Origin: Candidatus Limnocylindria bacterium
GTDB lineage: Bacteria; Chloroflexota; Limnocylindria; P2-11E
DNA: 31,841 bases
Direction: 5' to 3'
Assembly (NCBI GenBank): GCA_036564585.1
Contig: DATCOR010000308.1
Coordinates: forward strand, 1 to 31,841
This document shows positions 7,715 to 15,979 of this stretch, piece after piece. The notes under the pieces were generated by a model. It was not told the DNA's origin and made no database searches. It was given only the letters and a program-made list of their open reading frames with translations. The stretch's first letter is position 1; every line of letters begins with the position of its first letter. A program made the translations under genes and the position numbers.

Positions 7715-8275
7715 ATGCAACAGCCCAAGGACCGCGTCACCACTCGCTCCCACTACGTGGGGGTGTTCGACGATCGCAACGATGCCGAACTCGCGGCGCG
7801 CGACCTTCGCGCGAAGGGCTTCAAGGACGACCAGATCGGGTACGCCTGGCGTGACGACTCCGGGAAGACCCATGCGGAAGGCAACAAGTCCGGCCAAATG
7901 GCCGCCTCCGGCGCCGGCACCGGCGTCGTGCTCGGCGGGATCATCGGCGCCGCCGCCGCCCTCCTCATCCCGGGTATCGGGCCGGTGGTCTCCGGCGGCC
8001 TGCTCGCTACCGCCCTCGCGGGCGGCGTCACCGGCGCGGTCGCCGGCGGCGTCTCTGGTGGCATCGCGGGCGCCCTCGTCGGCCTCGGGATCCCCGAGGT
8101 CGAAGCGAAGTACTACGACCAGCAGTTCCGCGACGGCCGCACGCTCATGACCGTGAAGGCCGACCAGCGCTACAGCGACGCGAGCGACATCGCTCGCCGC
8201 CGCAACGGCTACGACTACGAGACACGGAACGAGCGTCCGGTCCGCGAGACCGAGGTCACCGAGGTCAAGCGCTAG
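7715..8275 (+). CDS. General stress protein (YflT/17M- or DUF1269-like, glycine-zipper)
   Basis: C-terminal part of ORF 7085..8275. SD GGAGAG before ATG 7715; VGVFDDRNDAE, Gly-zipper hairpin, LVGLGIPEVEAKYY, GRTLMTV. Confidence 0.8.
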   Translation: MQQPKDRVTTRSHYVGVFDDRNDAELAARDLRAKGFKDDQIGYAWRDDSGKTHAEGNKSGQMAASGAGTGVVLGGIIGAAAALLIPGIGPVVSGGLLATALAGGVTGAVAGGVSGGIAGALVGLGIPEVEAKYYDQQFRDGRTLMTVKADQRYSDASDIARRRNGYDYETRNERPVRETEVTEVKR

Positions 8276-8295
8276 CCCAAACCGTTTCGTCGCGA

Positions 8296-8330
8296 GAGGA
8301 GGCCCGCCGGAAGGCGGGCCTCTTCATTTT
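8296..8330. terminator. Probably bidirectional terminator between convergent genes
   Basis: GAGGCCCGCC-GGAA-GGCGGGCCTC followed by TTCATTTT. Confidence 0.8.
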
Positions 8331-9775
8331 CAGCCCGGCCGGCGGATCAGCTCGGGCGTGATGTCCGGGTCGCCCATGTCCGGATCGAGCGGATAGATCG
8401 GCCGCTCGAGGGCGCGATAGGGCAGCCGCGTGATGTGCTGATCCACGCCGCCCGGCGTGAGCGCGATCATCCAGCCCCGCGCGGCGGCGAAGAGGTCGGG
8501 CACGAGATACCCGATCTTCACGACCGTCAGATCGTGCGCGGCCGGGTCGAGCCCGAGATCGACGAAGTCCCTGAGGTAGTGATAGGGCTTGCGCCCGGTC
8601 GTGAGGATCGCGCGGACGCCCCCAGACGCGATCACCGCGACGTCGCCACCGACCGGATCGCCGGCGCGCAGGCGCTGCACCCGACCCTGCAGCCGCGTCG
8701 ACCAGGGTGAGCCGAAGGCACCGCCGACGGTGACGTCCACCTCCGCGCCCGCTCCGGCGCGCACGCACGCCGCGACCGCGGCCGGGTCGACGCAGCTCGC
8801 CCAGATCGCAGTCGCCTGCCCGGACGCGATCCGCGGATGCGCGAGCAGCCGCTCGAGCATGTACGACGCGTCGCCCGCGCCACCGGCGGTGGGATTGTCC
8901 CCGGAGTCGCTGATGAAGAACGGCCGTTCCGTACGCGTGAGCCCGGCCGCGATACACGTATCGGCGTCCGCGGCCGGCACGCTGAAGTCGAAGCTCGCGC
9001 GCACATCCCAGTAGCGTTGCCCGAGCTCGCGCGCCGCGGACCCGATGGCCCCCTCATCGGTGCCGGTCACGACGACGGCGGCGCTGCAGCGCGGTTCGTC
9101 GGCCCACGCGTAGCCGATCCAGACCGCGGCATCGATGATCCCGTCGCGGCGCTCGACCTCGCTCAAGCTCCCGTAGATCGACCGCGCCGGCTCGTCTCGC
9201 GTGCAGGCGCGCTCACCCGGCAGGAGCACGGGAACGCGGACCCATGCCCGCAGTGGCCGCACCCCGCGTTCGAGGCACCCGATGAGGTTCGCGATGGCGC
9301 GCCGCTTCGTGAGCGGTGCGTCATCGTGCGGCGACATGCGGTGCGACGTGGCGAGGTCGAGGGCGCCGACGAGCCGGCGCGACATGTTCCCGTGCGGATC
9401 CATCGATGCCGAAATGAGGCAGTCCGGGCCGACGACCTTCCGGATCGACGTCGCGAGGTCGCCCTCGGCGTCGATCACGCCGACGACGGTCATCGCGCCA
9501 TGGATGTCGAGATAGACGCCATCGAGGGGCAGGGCCGCGCGCAGGCCGGCGAGCAGCTCGGTCTTGATCGAGTCGTAGAACTCGCGCTCGACGGCGCCGC
9601 CGGGCAGCGCGCGCGCGTGGACGAGCGGGATCCATTCGACGCTCGAGGGCAGCGCGTCGTACTTCGCGAGGAGCGCGGGTCCCCGGACGACGGTGAAATC
9701 CGCGGCGCGGCTGCGGTGTGGGCTGAACGCGCTCGACTCGATCGCCATGCCGCCGATCGCGACGCGCGGCCTCAC
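8330..9775 (-). CDS. M81 family metallopeptidase (MlrC-like)
   Basis: IESSAFSP, LDIHGAM, DPHGN, HRMSPHDD, LLPGE, SDSGDNPTAGGAGD, VVKIGY motifs; no signal peptide. Confidence 0.88.
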   Translation of the reverse strand: MRPRVAIGGMAIESSAFSPHRSRAADFTVVRGPALLAKYDALPSSVEWIPLVHARALPGGAVEREFYDSIKTELLAGLRAALPLDGVYLDIHGAMTVVGVIDAEGDLATSIRKVVGPDCLISASMDPHGNMSRRLVGALDLATSHRMSPHDDAPLTKRRAIANLIGCLERGVRPLRAWVRVPVLLPGERACTRDEPARSIYGSLSEVERRDGIIDAAVWIGYAWADEPRCSAAVVVTGTDEGAIGSAARELGQRYWDVRASFDFSVPAADADTCIAAGLTRTERPFFISDSGDNPTAGGAGDASYMLERLLAHPRIASGQATAIWASCVDPAAVAACVRAGAGAEVDVTVGGAFGSPWSTRLQGRVQRLRAGDPVGGDVAVIASGGVRAILTTGRKPYHYLRDFVDLGLDPAAHDLTVVKIGYLVPDLFAAARGWMIALTPGGVDQHITRLPYRALERPIYPLDPDMGDPDITPELIRRPG

Positions 9776-9800
9776 AGCCGCGGACGGTAGCCGATGGCGG

Positions 9801-11909
9801 CTAGAACAGGATCGTGCGGACCAGAGTGCTCTTGAGGCCGAGGGTCGTGCGCAGGAAGCGGTCGCCCTTGAGGTCGACCCACGCGCCGGTGCCGCGCACG
9901 CGCACCGAGATCGGACGTCCGCCGGGGCTCATGTTGAACTCCATCGACACGAAGCTCCCGATGTCGGTCCCGTAGTCCTCGATGATCTGCTCCCGGATTT
10001 CCGCACCGCTGAACGACGCGGCCCACAGGGTGTGCGGCATCGGCCCGCGCGCGTCATACGCGGCGGCCTCGGCCGGGTCCGGCGCCTCGGGGAGGTACGG
10101 CCACCCGTCCTGACACTGCCAGGTGGTCGCGACCTTCTCCGCGTCGAGGACGCAGCCCACGTTCTCGGTGATCCCGCCATCGGCGGATGAGTAGAGCGCA
10201 CGGATCGGCGCCCCGGCGTACGTGAGGATCAGGCCTGCCGTCGACGCCACCGCCGCCGTGGTGCGTGGGCTCTCGAACGAGTGGCCGCCGTAGCACTGGT
10301 CGGCCGTGTCGTCGCGCACGTCCCAGGTGCGATCGCCGGCGGTGGACTGCCGCCACGCGGCGTACGTCCGGGCCGTGATCGCCTGCGCGCGGAGCGCCTC
10401 CATCTGCCACTGGCTCGGCATCTCGCCGGGGAGCGCGCCCGCCATGTAGTCGTCCGATGACACGTCGTTGACGACGCGGAGCGCCGAGCCATCGCGTACC
10501 TGAAAGACGAGCGTGCCGCGGTAGGAGAGGCCCTTCTGATCGATCGCGATCGGATCCCAGAACTGCTTCGGCGCCAGCGTGAACGACTCGTCCGAATTGA
10601 GCCGGGCCGTGCGCGTGCCTGCGTCGTCGCGCGCATAGAGGGCGTCACCGTCGGTCCAGACGCGAACGCCTTGATCCGGACCCAGGTCGAAATACACGAC
10701 ACTCGGGTCCAGCGTGTTCACGAGGCGCATCCCACCGGCGGAGGACATCCGGGCCACGTCGTCGATCGTGCGCCCGACGCACCCTGTCGACGGCGCGGAG
10801 AGCAGCACGCGGAACGGGCGCGTGATCGGCTGGTTCGCGAGCTGCGCTCCGGGGAAATACCGCGCCACGATCTGCTCGCCGGTCAGCTTCACGCCGGTCG
10901 CGCCCTCGGCCCAGCCCTGCGCTCCCCACTGCGACAGGCCGATGCCGTGGCCCCACCCCTTGCCGTAGAACGTCACGCCGTCCTGCACGCGCACGAGCTC
11001 GTGCTTCGCCGCGACGGAGTGGCCCGAGAACCAGCCGATGCCCTCCTGGACCATGTCCCACGCGAGGATGAATGTGCCCTCGGCGCGGGGTGCGTGCACG
11101 GTGACGGTGACCGTGACCTCGTCGCCCGGCTTGACATCGTGCGGCAGGATCGCGCGTGCGCCGTCCCAGAGGACCGCGACCGGTGTGCCGTCGAGCCAGT
11201 GGTAGCCGAGGCGGACCGGCGTGGCGCCGCCCGACGGCCAGGCCTGCAAGCCGGTGTTCTCGACATGCACCTCGATCGGCACGTCCCCGCCCGGGACGAT
11301 CGTCGCCGGTGCGGTCGTCGGTCCGTACCCGGCGTCGAGGTCCGTCGTCACGCGAAGCGTGAACGCGCCCGGAACGGCGTCCCCCGATGAGAACCAGGCC
11401 TCGCCCTCACGGATGAGATCCGGCTTGATCGTGTAGATGCCGGTCGCGGGCGGAGCGGTGAGCACCATCGCCACGGTCGCGTCGCTGCCCGGCGCGACAT
11501 CCGCCGGAAGCGCGGAGCGCAGGCCGTCCCACGCGACCAGCGTCCCGGCTGCGTCATAGACGTGATACGCGAGCTTCACCGCGTGCGGACCGGTGCGTTC
11601 CCAGGTGTCGTCGCCCTGATTGCGGACCGTGACCGGGATCGCGTGCGTCTCGCTGGGCGCCAATGGTCCCTGCGGGTAGCCCGCGTACACGGCGGTCTGG
11701 CGCACGACCCTCGGGTCGAGCCCCTCGATCGTGCCCGTACCGGGCGGCAGTCCGCGCGCATAGGCGACGGCTCGGGATGCGATGTCAGCGACGGCCGTGG
11801 CGGCCCGGCCGGTCACGCTCGTCGGGTGGCCACTCGTCATCGCGGTCACCGAAGCGAGCAAGAGAGCGACGATCGCGATCCGCATGAGCAGCAGAGGTTT
11901 CCGTCCCAT
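9801..11909 (-). CDS. Secreted SpoIID/LytB-family lytic transglycosylase with two Ig-like (NBR1-like) domains
   Basis: Signal-like N-terminus; two repeats of VxVxNxGxxxW...VxLxYH(W/V)...WDG.R..LP.DV.PG; GxGWGHGIGLSQWGA; GEMPSQWQMEALRAQAITARTYA (catalytic Glu). Confidence 0.85.
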   Translation of the reverse strand: MGRKPLLLMRIAIVALLLASVTAMTSGHPTSVTGRAATAVADIASRAVAYARGLPPGTGTIEGLDPRVVRQTAVYAGYPQGPLAPSETHAIPVTVRNQGDDTWERTGPHAVKLAYHVYDAAGTLVAWDGLRSALPADVAPGSDATVAMVLTAPPATGIYTIKPDLIREGEAWFSSGDAVPGAFTLRVTTDLDAGYGPTTAPATIVPGGDVPIEVHVENTGLQAWPSGGATPVRLGYHWLDGTPVAVLWDGARAILPHDVKPGDEVTVTVTVHAPRAEGTFILAWDMVQEGIGWFSGHSVAAKHELVRVQDGVTFYGKGWGHGIGLSQWGAQGWAEGATGVKLTGEQIVARYFPGAQLANQPITRPFRVLLSAPSTGCVGRTIDDVARMSSAGGMRLVNTLDPSVVYFDLGPDQGVRVWTDGDALYARDDAGTRTARLNSDESFTLAPKQFWDPIAIDQKGLSYRGTLVFQVRDGSALRVVNDVSSDDYMAGALPGEMPSQWQMEALRAQAITARTYAAWRQSTAGDRTWDVRDDTADQCYGGHSFESPRTTAAVASTAGLILTYAGAPIRALYSSADGGITENVGCVLDAEKVATTWQCQDGWPYLPEAPDPAEAAAYDARGPMPHTLWAASFSGAEIREQIIEDYGTDIGSFVSMEFNMSPGGRPISVRVRGTGAWVDLKGDRFLRTTLGLKSTLVRTILF

Positions 11910-12097
11910 CGTGGGACGGAACGCTGTCTTCGCTCATGGGACACGCACCCTCACCGTGCTGATCCGCCGATGATCCAACCGCTGCCTGCTCTGCGGTCGA
12001 CCGGGCGACTGCTTTCACGGCGACTCACCGACGGCCCACGCGCGCCTGCGGCGCGTTACCTGCTGACCTGTTCACCGACATCTCGAGGAGGTTCAGC

Positions 12098-12520
12098 GTG
12101 AAGGTCGAAGAGCTCATGACCCGCGATCCGGCGACGCTCCGTCCAGAGTCGACGTGCACGGAAGCGGCAGCGCTCATGAAGAGCAAGGACTGCGGCTCGC
12201 TTCCGGTGGTGAAGGACGGGAAGCTGGTCGGCATCGTGACGGACCGCGACATCGTGCTCCGCGTCGTGGCCGGCAAGAAGGACCCGACGCGGATTGCGGT
12301 GGCCGAGATCATGACCGCAGCGCCGGTCACGGTCGCGCCGGCGACGCGAGCCGAAGACGCGTCCAAGGTCATGTCCGAAAAGCAGGTGCGGCGGCTGCCG
12401 GTCGTCGACGACGGGCGTCTGGTGGGCATCCTCACGATCGGACAGCTCGCCCGTCGCGAATCGCTCAACGCCGTGGGCGAGACGCTGAAGGAGGTCAGTC
12501 AGCCGACCGCGAAGCGCTAG
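12098..12520 (+). CDS. Tandem CBS-domain protein
   Basis: GSLPVVKDGKLVGIVTDRDIV and RRLPVVDDGRLVGILT; SD GAGGAGG. Confidence 0.9.
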   Translation: MKVEELMTRDPATLRPESTCTEAAALMKSKDCGSLPVVKDGKLVGIVTDRDIVLRVVAGKKDPTRIAVAEIMTAAPVTVAPATRAEDASKVMSEKQVRRLPVVDDGRLVGILTIGQLARRESLNAVGETLKEVSQPTAKR

Positions 12521-12527
12521 ATGCGCA

Positions 12528-13406
12528 TCACGACCGTCGCGTTGCCGGGGCTCCAGCTCTCACTGCGGCCGCGCGCAGCTTCGGGAACTTCACGCGGAGG
12601 TCCGTCGCGTTGACCTGGAACAGGCTCTCGGGCTCGGGGAGGCCCGCGAGCGTGTAGCGGCCGAGCGTCCGGAACGTGATCCCGTCCGACCGCACGACGT
12701 CCATCGCGTCTCGCGCCGCGGTCGAGAGCAGGATCTGCCCGCCATGTCCCGCCGAGCACACCCGCGATGCCGTGTGCACGGCGATGCCGACGTACCCGGT
12801 CTCGGCGAGCGTCGTGCGGCCGGTGTGGATGCCGATCCGAACGCAGACCTGGGTGTCCTCGGGCCACGTGCGCTCCTGCAATCCACGCTGGATCGCGACC
12901 GCCGCGGCCAGCGCCTGAGCGGGACGGCGGAACGCTGCGAAGAACTCATCGGCTCGGGCGTCGACCTCGTGTCCGCTCGCCTTGCGCACGGCGCCCCGGA
13001 TCAGCGTGCGTACCTCGCGAAGGAGCCTCGCGTAACCGTCGCCGAGCGTGCGCAGGAGCTCGGTCGAACCCTCGATGTCGGTCATCAGGAAGGTCACCGC
13101 CCCGCGGGGCAGGCTCGCGACATCCGTCGCGGGACGCCGGGACTCGGCCTGCAGGCGCTCGTTGCGCAGCTGCCCGTCGAAGAATCCGATCGGCACGATG
13201 CCGTACCTCTTCGCCGCCGCCAGGAGCCGTTGCCGCGCTTTCTCGCGCGCCGCGTCGTTCTCGAACGACGTCTGGTCGAAGCGCGAGAGCGCGTTCCGGA
13301 CATGCGATGCGTCGTGGATCGGCAGGCGGCGCCGGCCCGTCGCGTCGATGTAGGCGAATGCGCTGGCGGGGAGCTTGGCCCGGGCGGTGGCGCTGAGCGA
13401 CGGCAT
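12528..13406 (-). CDS. Class III nucleotidyl cyclase with N-terminal DUF6582-like domain
   Basis: TFLMTDIEGST, ADEFFAAF, VRIGIHTG, AVHTASRV, GGQILLS; N-terminus LPASAFAY...LPIHDASHVRNALSRFDQ. Confidence 0.85.
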   Translation of the reverse strand: MPSLSATARAKLPASAFAYIDATGRRRLPIHDASHVRNALSRFDQTSFENDAAREKARQRLLAAAKRYGIVPIGFFDGQLRNERLQAESRRPATDVASLPRGAVTFLMTDIEGSTELLRTLGDGYARLLREVRTLIRGAVRKASGHEVDARADEFFAAFRRPAQALAAAVAIQRGLQERTWPEDTQVCVRIGIHTGRTTLAETGYVGIAVHTASRVCSAGHGGQILLSTAARDAMDVVRSDGITFRTLGRYTLAGLPEPESLFQVNATDLRVKFPKLRAAAVRAGAPATRRS

Positions 13407-13490
13407 CGCTCGATTATTCGCCTTCTGCTCGGCCGCGGGTCCTATGCTCGCCCGCGCTCGGAGAAACGGGACGAGGCGCTGGAGGCCACC

Positions 13491-13886
13491 GTGAACTGGA
13501 TCGCCGTCATCGCTGCAGCGGTCGTGAGCATGATCTTGGGCTCGCTCTGGTTCTCGCCGATCCTGTTCCAGAAGCCGTGGACCGCGATGCGCGTCGACAA
13601 GAAGGAGATGAGCGGCGTCGCGAGCCCGATGCTGTACGTCATCACCGCCGTGGGTGCGCTCGTCTCTGCCATCACGCTCGACTGGCTCATCAGCCTCGCC
13701 GGTGCGAGCACGCTCGCCGGCGGGGCGATCATCGGCCTCTACGCGGGCCTCGGCTTCGTCGCCCCGGCGATCCTCTCGGACAACCTGTTCAACGAGCGGC
13801 CGTTCAAGCTCTACCTGATCGTCGCCGGCTTCCCGGTCGTGTCACTGCTCTTGATGGGCGCGATCATCGGCGCGCTTGGCGCCTAG
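13491..13886 (+). CDS. DUF1761-family membrane protein
   Basis: GTG start after SD GGAGG; NWIAVIAAAVVSMILGSLWFSPILFQKPW; four TM segments. Confidence 0.82.
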   Translation: MNWIAVIAAAVVSMILGSLWFSPILFQKPWTAMRVDKKEMSGVASPMLYVITAVGALVSAITLDWLISLAGASTLAGGAIIGLYAGLGFVAPAILSDNLFNERPFKLYLIVAGFPVVSLLLMGAIIGALGA

Positions 13887-13890
13887 CCGG

Positions 13891-14841
13891 TCACGGATCC
13901 ACCTGGCTCGACCAGGTCGCGACGAGCTCGCCCGAGCAGAACACCATGCCCGGGGCAGTGGACTTGAAGTTGAGGTAGTAGGTCTTCGGGCCGGCCGGGA
14001 CGTCCACGCGCACCGTGGCGAATGAGAGGTCCCACGTTCCGCTCGCATTCACGTTGACGCTGGTCTGCGTTCCGTTGTTCGCGAAGATCGACGGAGTACC
14101 GACGAGCGCGTAGCGACGGGTCCCGTCGGTCTGGACGACGCCCGCGCTGTCCTCGATCGTCACGTAGACCCGGTTGGCGCCGCTCACGCCGCAGTGTCCG
14201 GTCGCCTGCAGGAGCATCTGTCCGCCGGCGTGGGTCGTGGCGAGCGACGCGAGGTTGTGGGGCAACGTGTTGCCGCCGTTGGACACCCAGTTCTCATCGC
14301 AGAACCCGAACGAGCACAACCGCCCGCTGTCGGCTTCGGCCTGCGGGTTGCCGGCTCCGGCCGGCCCCGTCGCGCCGGTCGCGCCCGCGGCACCGGTGGC
14401 GCCTGTTGCGCCAGTGTCGCCCTTCGCGCCAGTTGCGCCGGTCGCGCCGGCCGCCCCGGTCGCACCCTGCGGGCCTTGCGGCCCTGTCGCACCGGTCGCG
14501 CCCGCGGCGCCGGTCGCCCCTGCTGATCCGGTCGCGCCGGTCGCTCCCCTTGCACCGGTCGCCCCTGAGGCGCCGGTGGCACCGGCCGCGCCAGTCGGCC
14601 CGGTCGGGCCGGCCGAACCGCTCTGATCCCAAGTGAGGCTCAGCTCGTTGGACCGGCAGTCACTCGCGTCGTTCACTAGCCGCAGGCTACCGTCGGGCTT
14701 GTAGCACGCTTGGATACTGCCGCTCGTGCTGTTGAACGGCCCACCCTTCGCGGCGACGACGGTGCCGCTGCCGATGAGGCAGGCGATCACCGCGATCACG
14801 ATCATGCGCAACGCACCGAGACGATGGATCTCTGCGAACAC
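13891..14841 (-). CDS. Secreted collagen-like protein
   Basis: SD GAGGAGGTG before GTG 14841; hydrophobic signal; small Cys-containing domain (IQACYK..GSLRLV...C...W); 30 Gly-X-Y triplets; beta-rich C-terminal domain. Confidence 0.85.
   Translation of the reverse strand: MFAEIHRLGALRMIVIAVIACLIGSGTVVAAKGGPFNSTSGSIQACYKPDGSLRLVNDASDCRSNELSLTWDQSGSAGPTGPTGAAGATGASGATGARGATGATGSAGATGAAGATGATGPQGPQGATGAAGATGATGAKGDTGATGATGAAGATGATGPAGAGNPQAEADSGRLCSFGFCDENWVSNGGNTLPHNLASLATTHAGGQMLLQATGHCGVSGANRVYVTIEDSAGVVQTDGTRRYALVGTPSIFANNGTQTSVNVNASGTWDLSFATVRVDVPAGPKTYYLNFKSTAPGMVFCSGELVATWSSQVDP
14350..14619 (-). repeat. Collagen 9-bp repeat array (30 Gly-X-Y triplets, mostly GAT)
   Basis: 270 nt uninterrupted, from GSA GPT GPT to GPA GAG. 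Confidence 0.9.
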
Positions 14842-15154
14842 GGGACACCTCCTCACACCAACGCAGCGAGTAAAGGTGAGCGTGAGCCGGCCAACAAGGG
14901 ACGGAAGGGTCCTCCTACGAACGGCCCCGCGCTAGTACGAACGGCGCACATGACGATCCCCCAACGATCCGCCTCCCGAACTCCCAACGATGTGTCCGCC
15001 GACCCTTGTGTTCGCCCGGATCGGGCGGACAGTGAGGTTCCAGTGGGTCCGATGGATCCGATGCACGCCGAGCTCAGCGCCGGCGAGTGCTCGTGATCCC
15101 TGGTAGCTCAGTCGCACACCACGCGGACACCGATATGAGAAATGGGAGCAAACC

Positions 15155-15619
15155 ATGTCAACCGATCAGAACAAGACCATCGCTCGCCGCATCGTCGACG
15201 AGGCCTGGAACAAGCACGACCCGAGCATCCTCGACACGCTCTTCTCGACCGACGCGATCCTGCACGACCCGCGGAACAAGACGATCGTCAAGGGTCCGCA
15301 GGGCGCCAAGAGCACCCTCGCGACGTACCTCAAGGCATTCCCGGACATGAAGATCTCGATCGAGCGGGAGATCGCCGAGGGCGACTTCGTGGTCCAGCAC
15401 CTCATTGCGTCCGGTAAGAACACGGGCGAGTTCAACGGCATGCCCGCGACCGGCAAGAACACCAGCGTCACCGGCGTCATGACGAGCAAGATCAAGGACG
15501 GCAAGGTCATCGAGGCCTGGTCGCTCTTCGACTCGCTCAGCCTCCTCCAGCAGCTGGGTGTCGTCCCGGCATCGCAAGCCACCCCGACGCGCGAGCCCGA
15601 GCTCGTCGGCGCTCGCTAG
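15155..15619 (+). CDS. SnoaL-like ester cyclase / NTF2-fold protein
   Basis: MSTDQNK, AFPDMKISIEREIAEGDFVV, GEFNGMPATGK, DGKVIEAWSLFD. Confidence 0.88.
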   Translation: MSTDQNKTIARRIVDEAWNKHDPSILDTLFSTDAILHDPRNKTIVKGPQGAKSTLATYLKAFPDMKISIEREIAEGDFVVQHLIASGKNTGEFNGMPATGKNTSVTGVMTSKIKDGKVIEAWSLFDSLSLLQQLGVVPASQATPTREPELVGAR

Positions 15620-15641
15620 GTCACACGCGACTCAGGTGAGC

Positions 15642-15673
15642 GGCGCCCGGCGGAGTCACCTCCGCCGGGCGTC
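15642..15673 (+). terminator. Strong hairpin after the ester cyclase gene
   Basis: 14-bp stem GGCGCCCGGCGGAG-TCAC-CTCCGCCGGGCGTC with only a short T tail. Confidence 0.6.
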
Positions 15674-15727
15674 TTCGCGCGCACGTGTAGGCTCGGCTTC
15701 GTTACCGCGAGATCGGGGAGGAATGGC

Positions 15728-15976
15728 ATGCCGAAGTTCATGGACGTTCACAGTGGGTTCGTTGGCGTGAGCGCGGAGCAGCTGAAGCAGGCGCACGAAG
15801 CGGACCTGGCGATCGAGAAGGACGAGAAGGTGCACTTCGAGCGCGCGTGGCTCGATCCGAAGAGCGGCAAGGTCTTCTGCCTCTCATCGGGCCCGAACAA
15901 AGAAGCGATCATGAAGATCCACGAGCGCGCGGGTCATCCGACGGCGGAGGTCTACGAGCTGCCGATCGAGGTCTGA
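15728..15976 (+). CDS. DUF4242 / SCO4226-type nickel-binding protein
   Basis: FMDVH, AHEADL, VHFERAW, KVFCLS.GP, IHERAGH; SD GGGAGGA. Confidence 0.88.
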   Translation: MPKFMDVHSGFVGVSAEQLKQAHEADLAIEKDEKVHFERAWLDPKSGKVFCLSSGPNKEAIMKIHERAGHPTAEVYELPIEV

Positions 15977-15979
15977 GAC

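Noticed and set aside
11910-12097. c-di-AMP (ydaO) or other riboswitch upstream of the cell-wall hydrolase
   Set aside because: Conserved ydaO motifs were not recognisable by eye; an Infernal/Rfam scan would be decisive.
14350-14619. CRISPR-like or mobile repeat array
   Set aside because: The 9-bp periodicity is in frame within a collagen-like CDS and has no unique spacers.
15097-15114. TCCCTGGTAGCTCAGTCG, which looks like a tRNA 5' end
   Set aside because: No closing D-stem, anticodon arm or TTCGA T-loop follows.
15974-15976. Selenocysteine recoding of the DUF4242 TGA
   Set aside because: DUF4242 homologues end at about this position, the codon aligns to no Cys site, and I could not recognise a SECIS hairpin downstream; ACG initiation or an error is more parsimonious.
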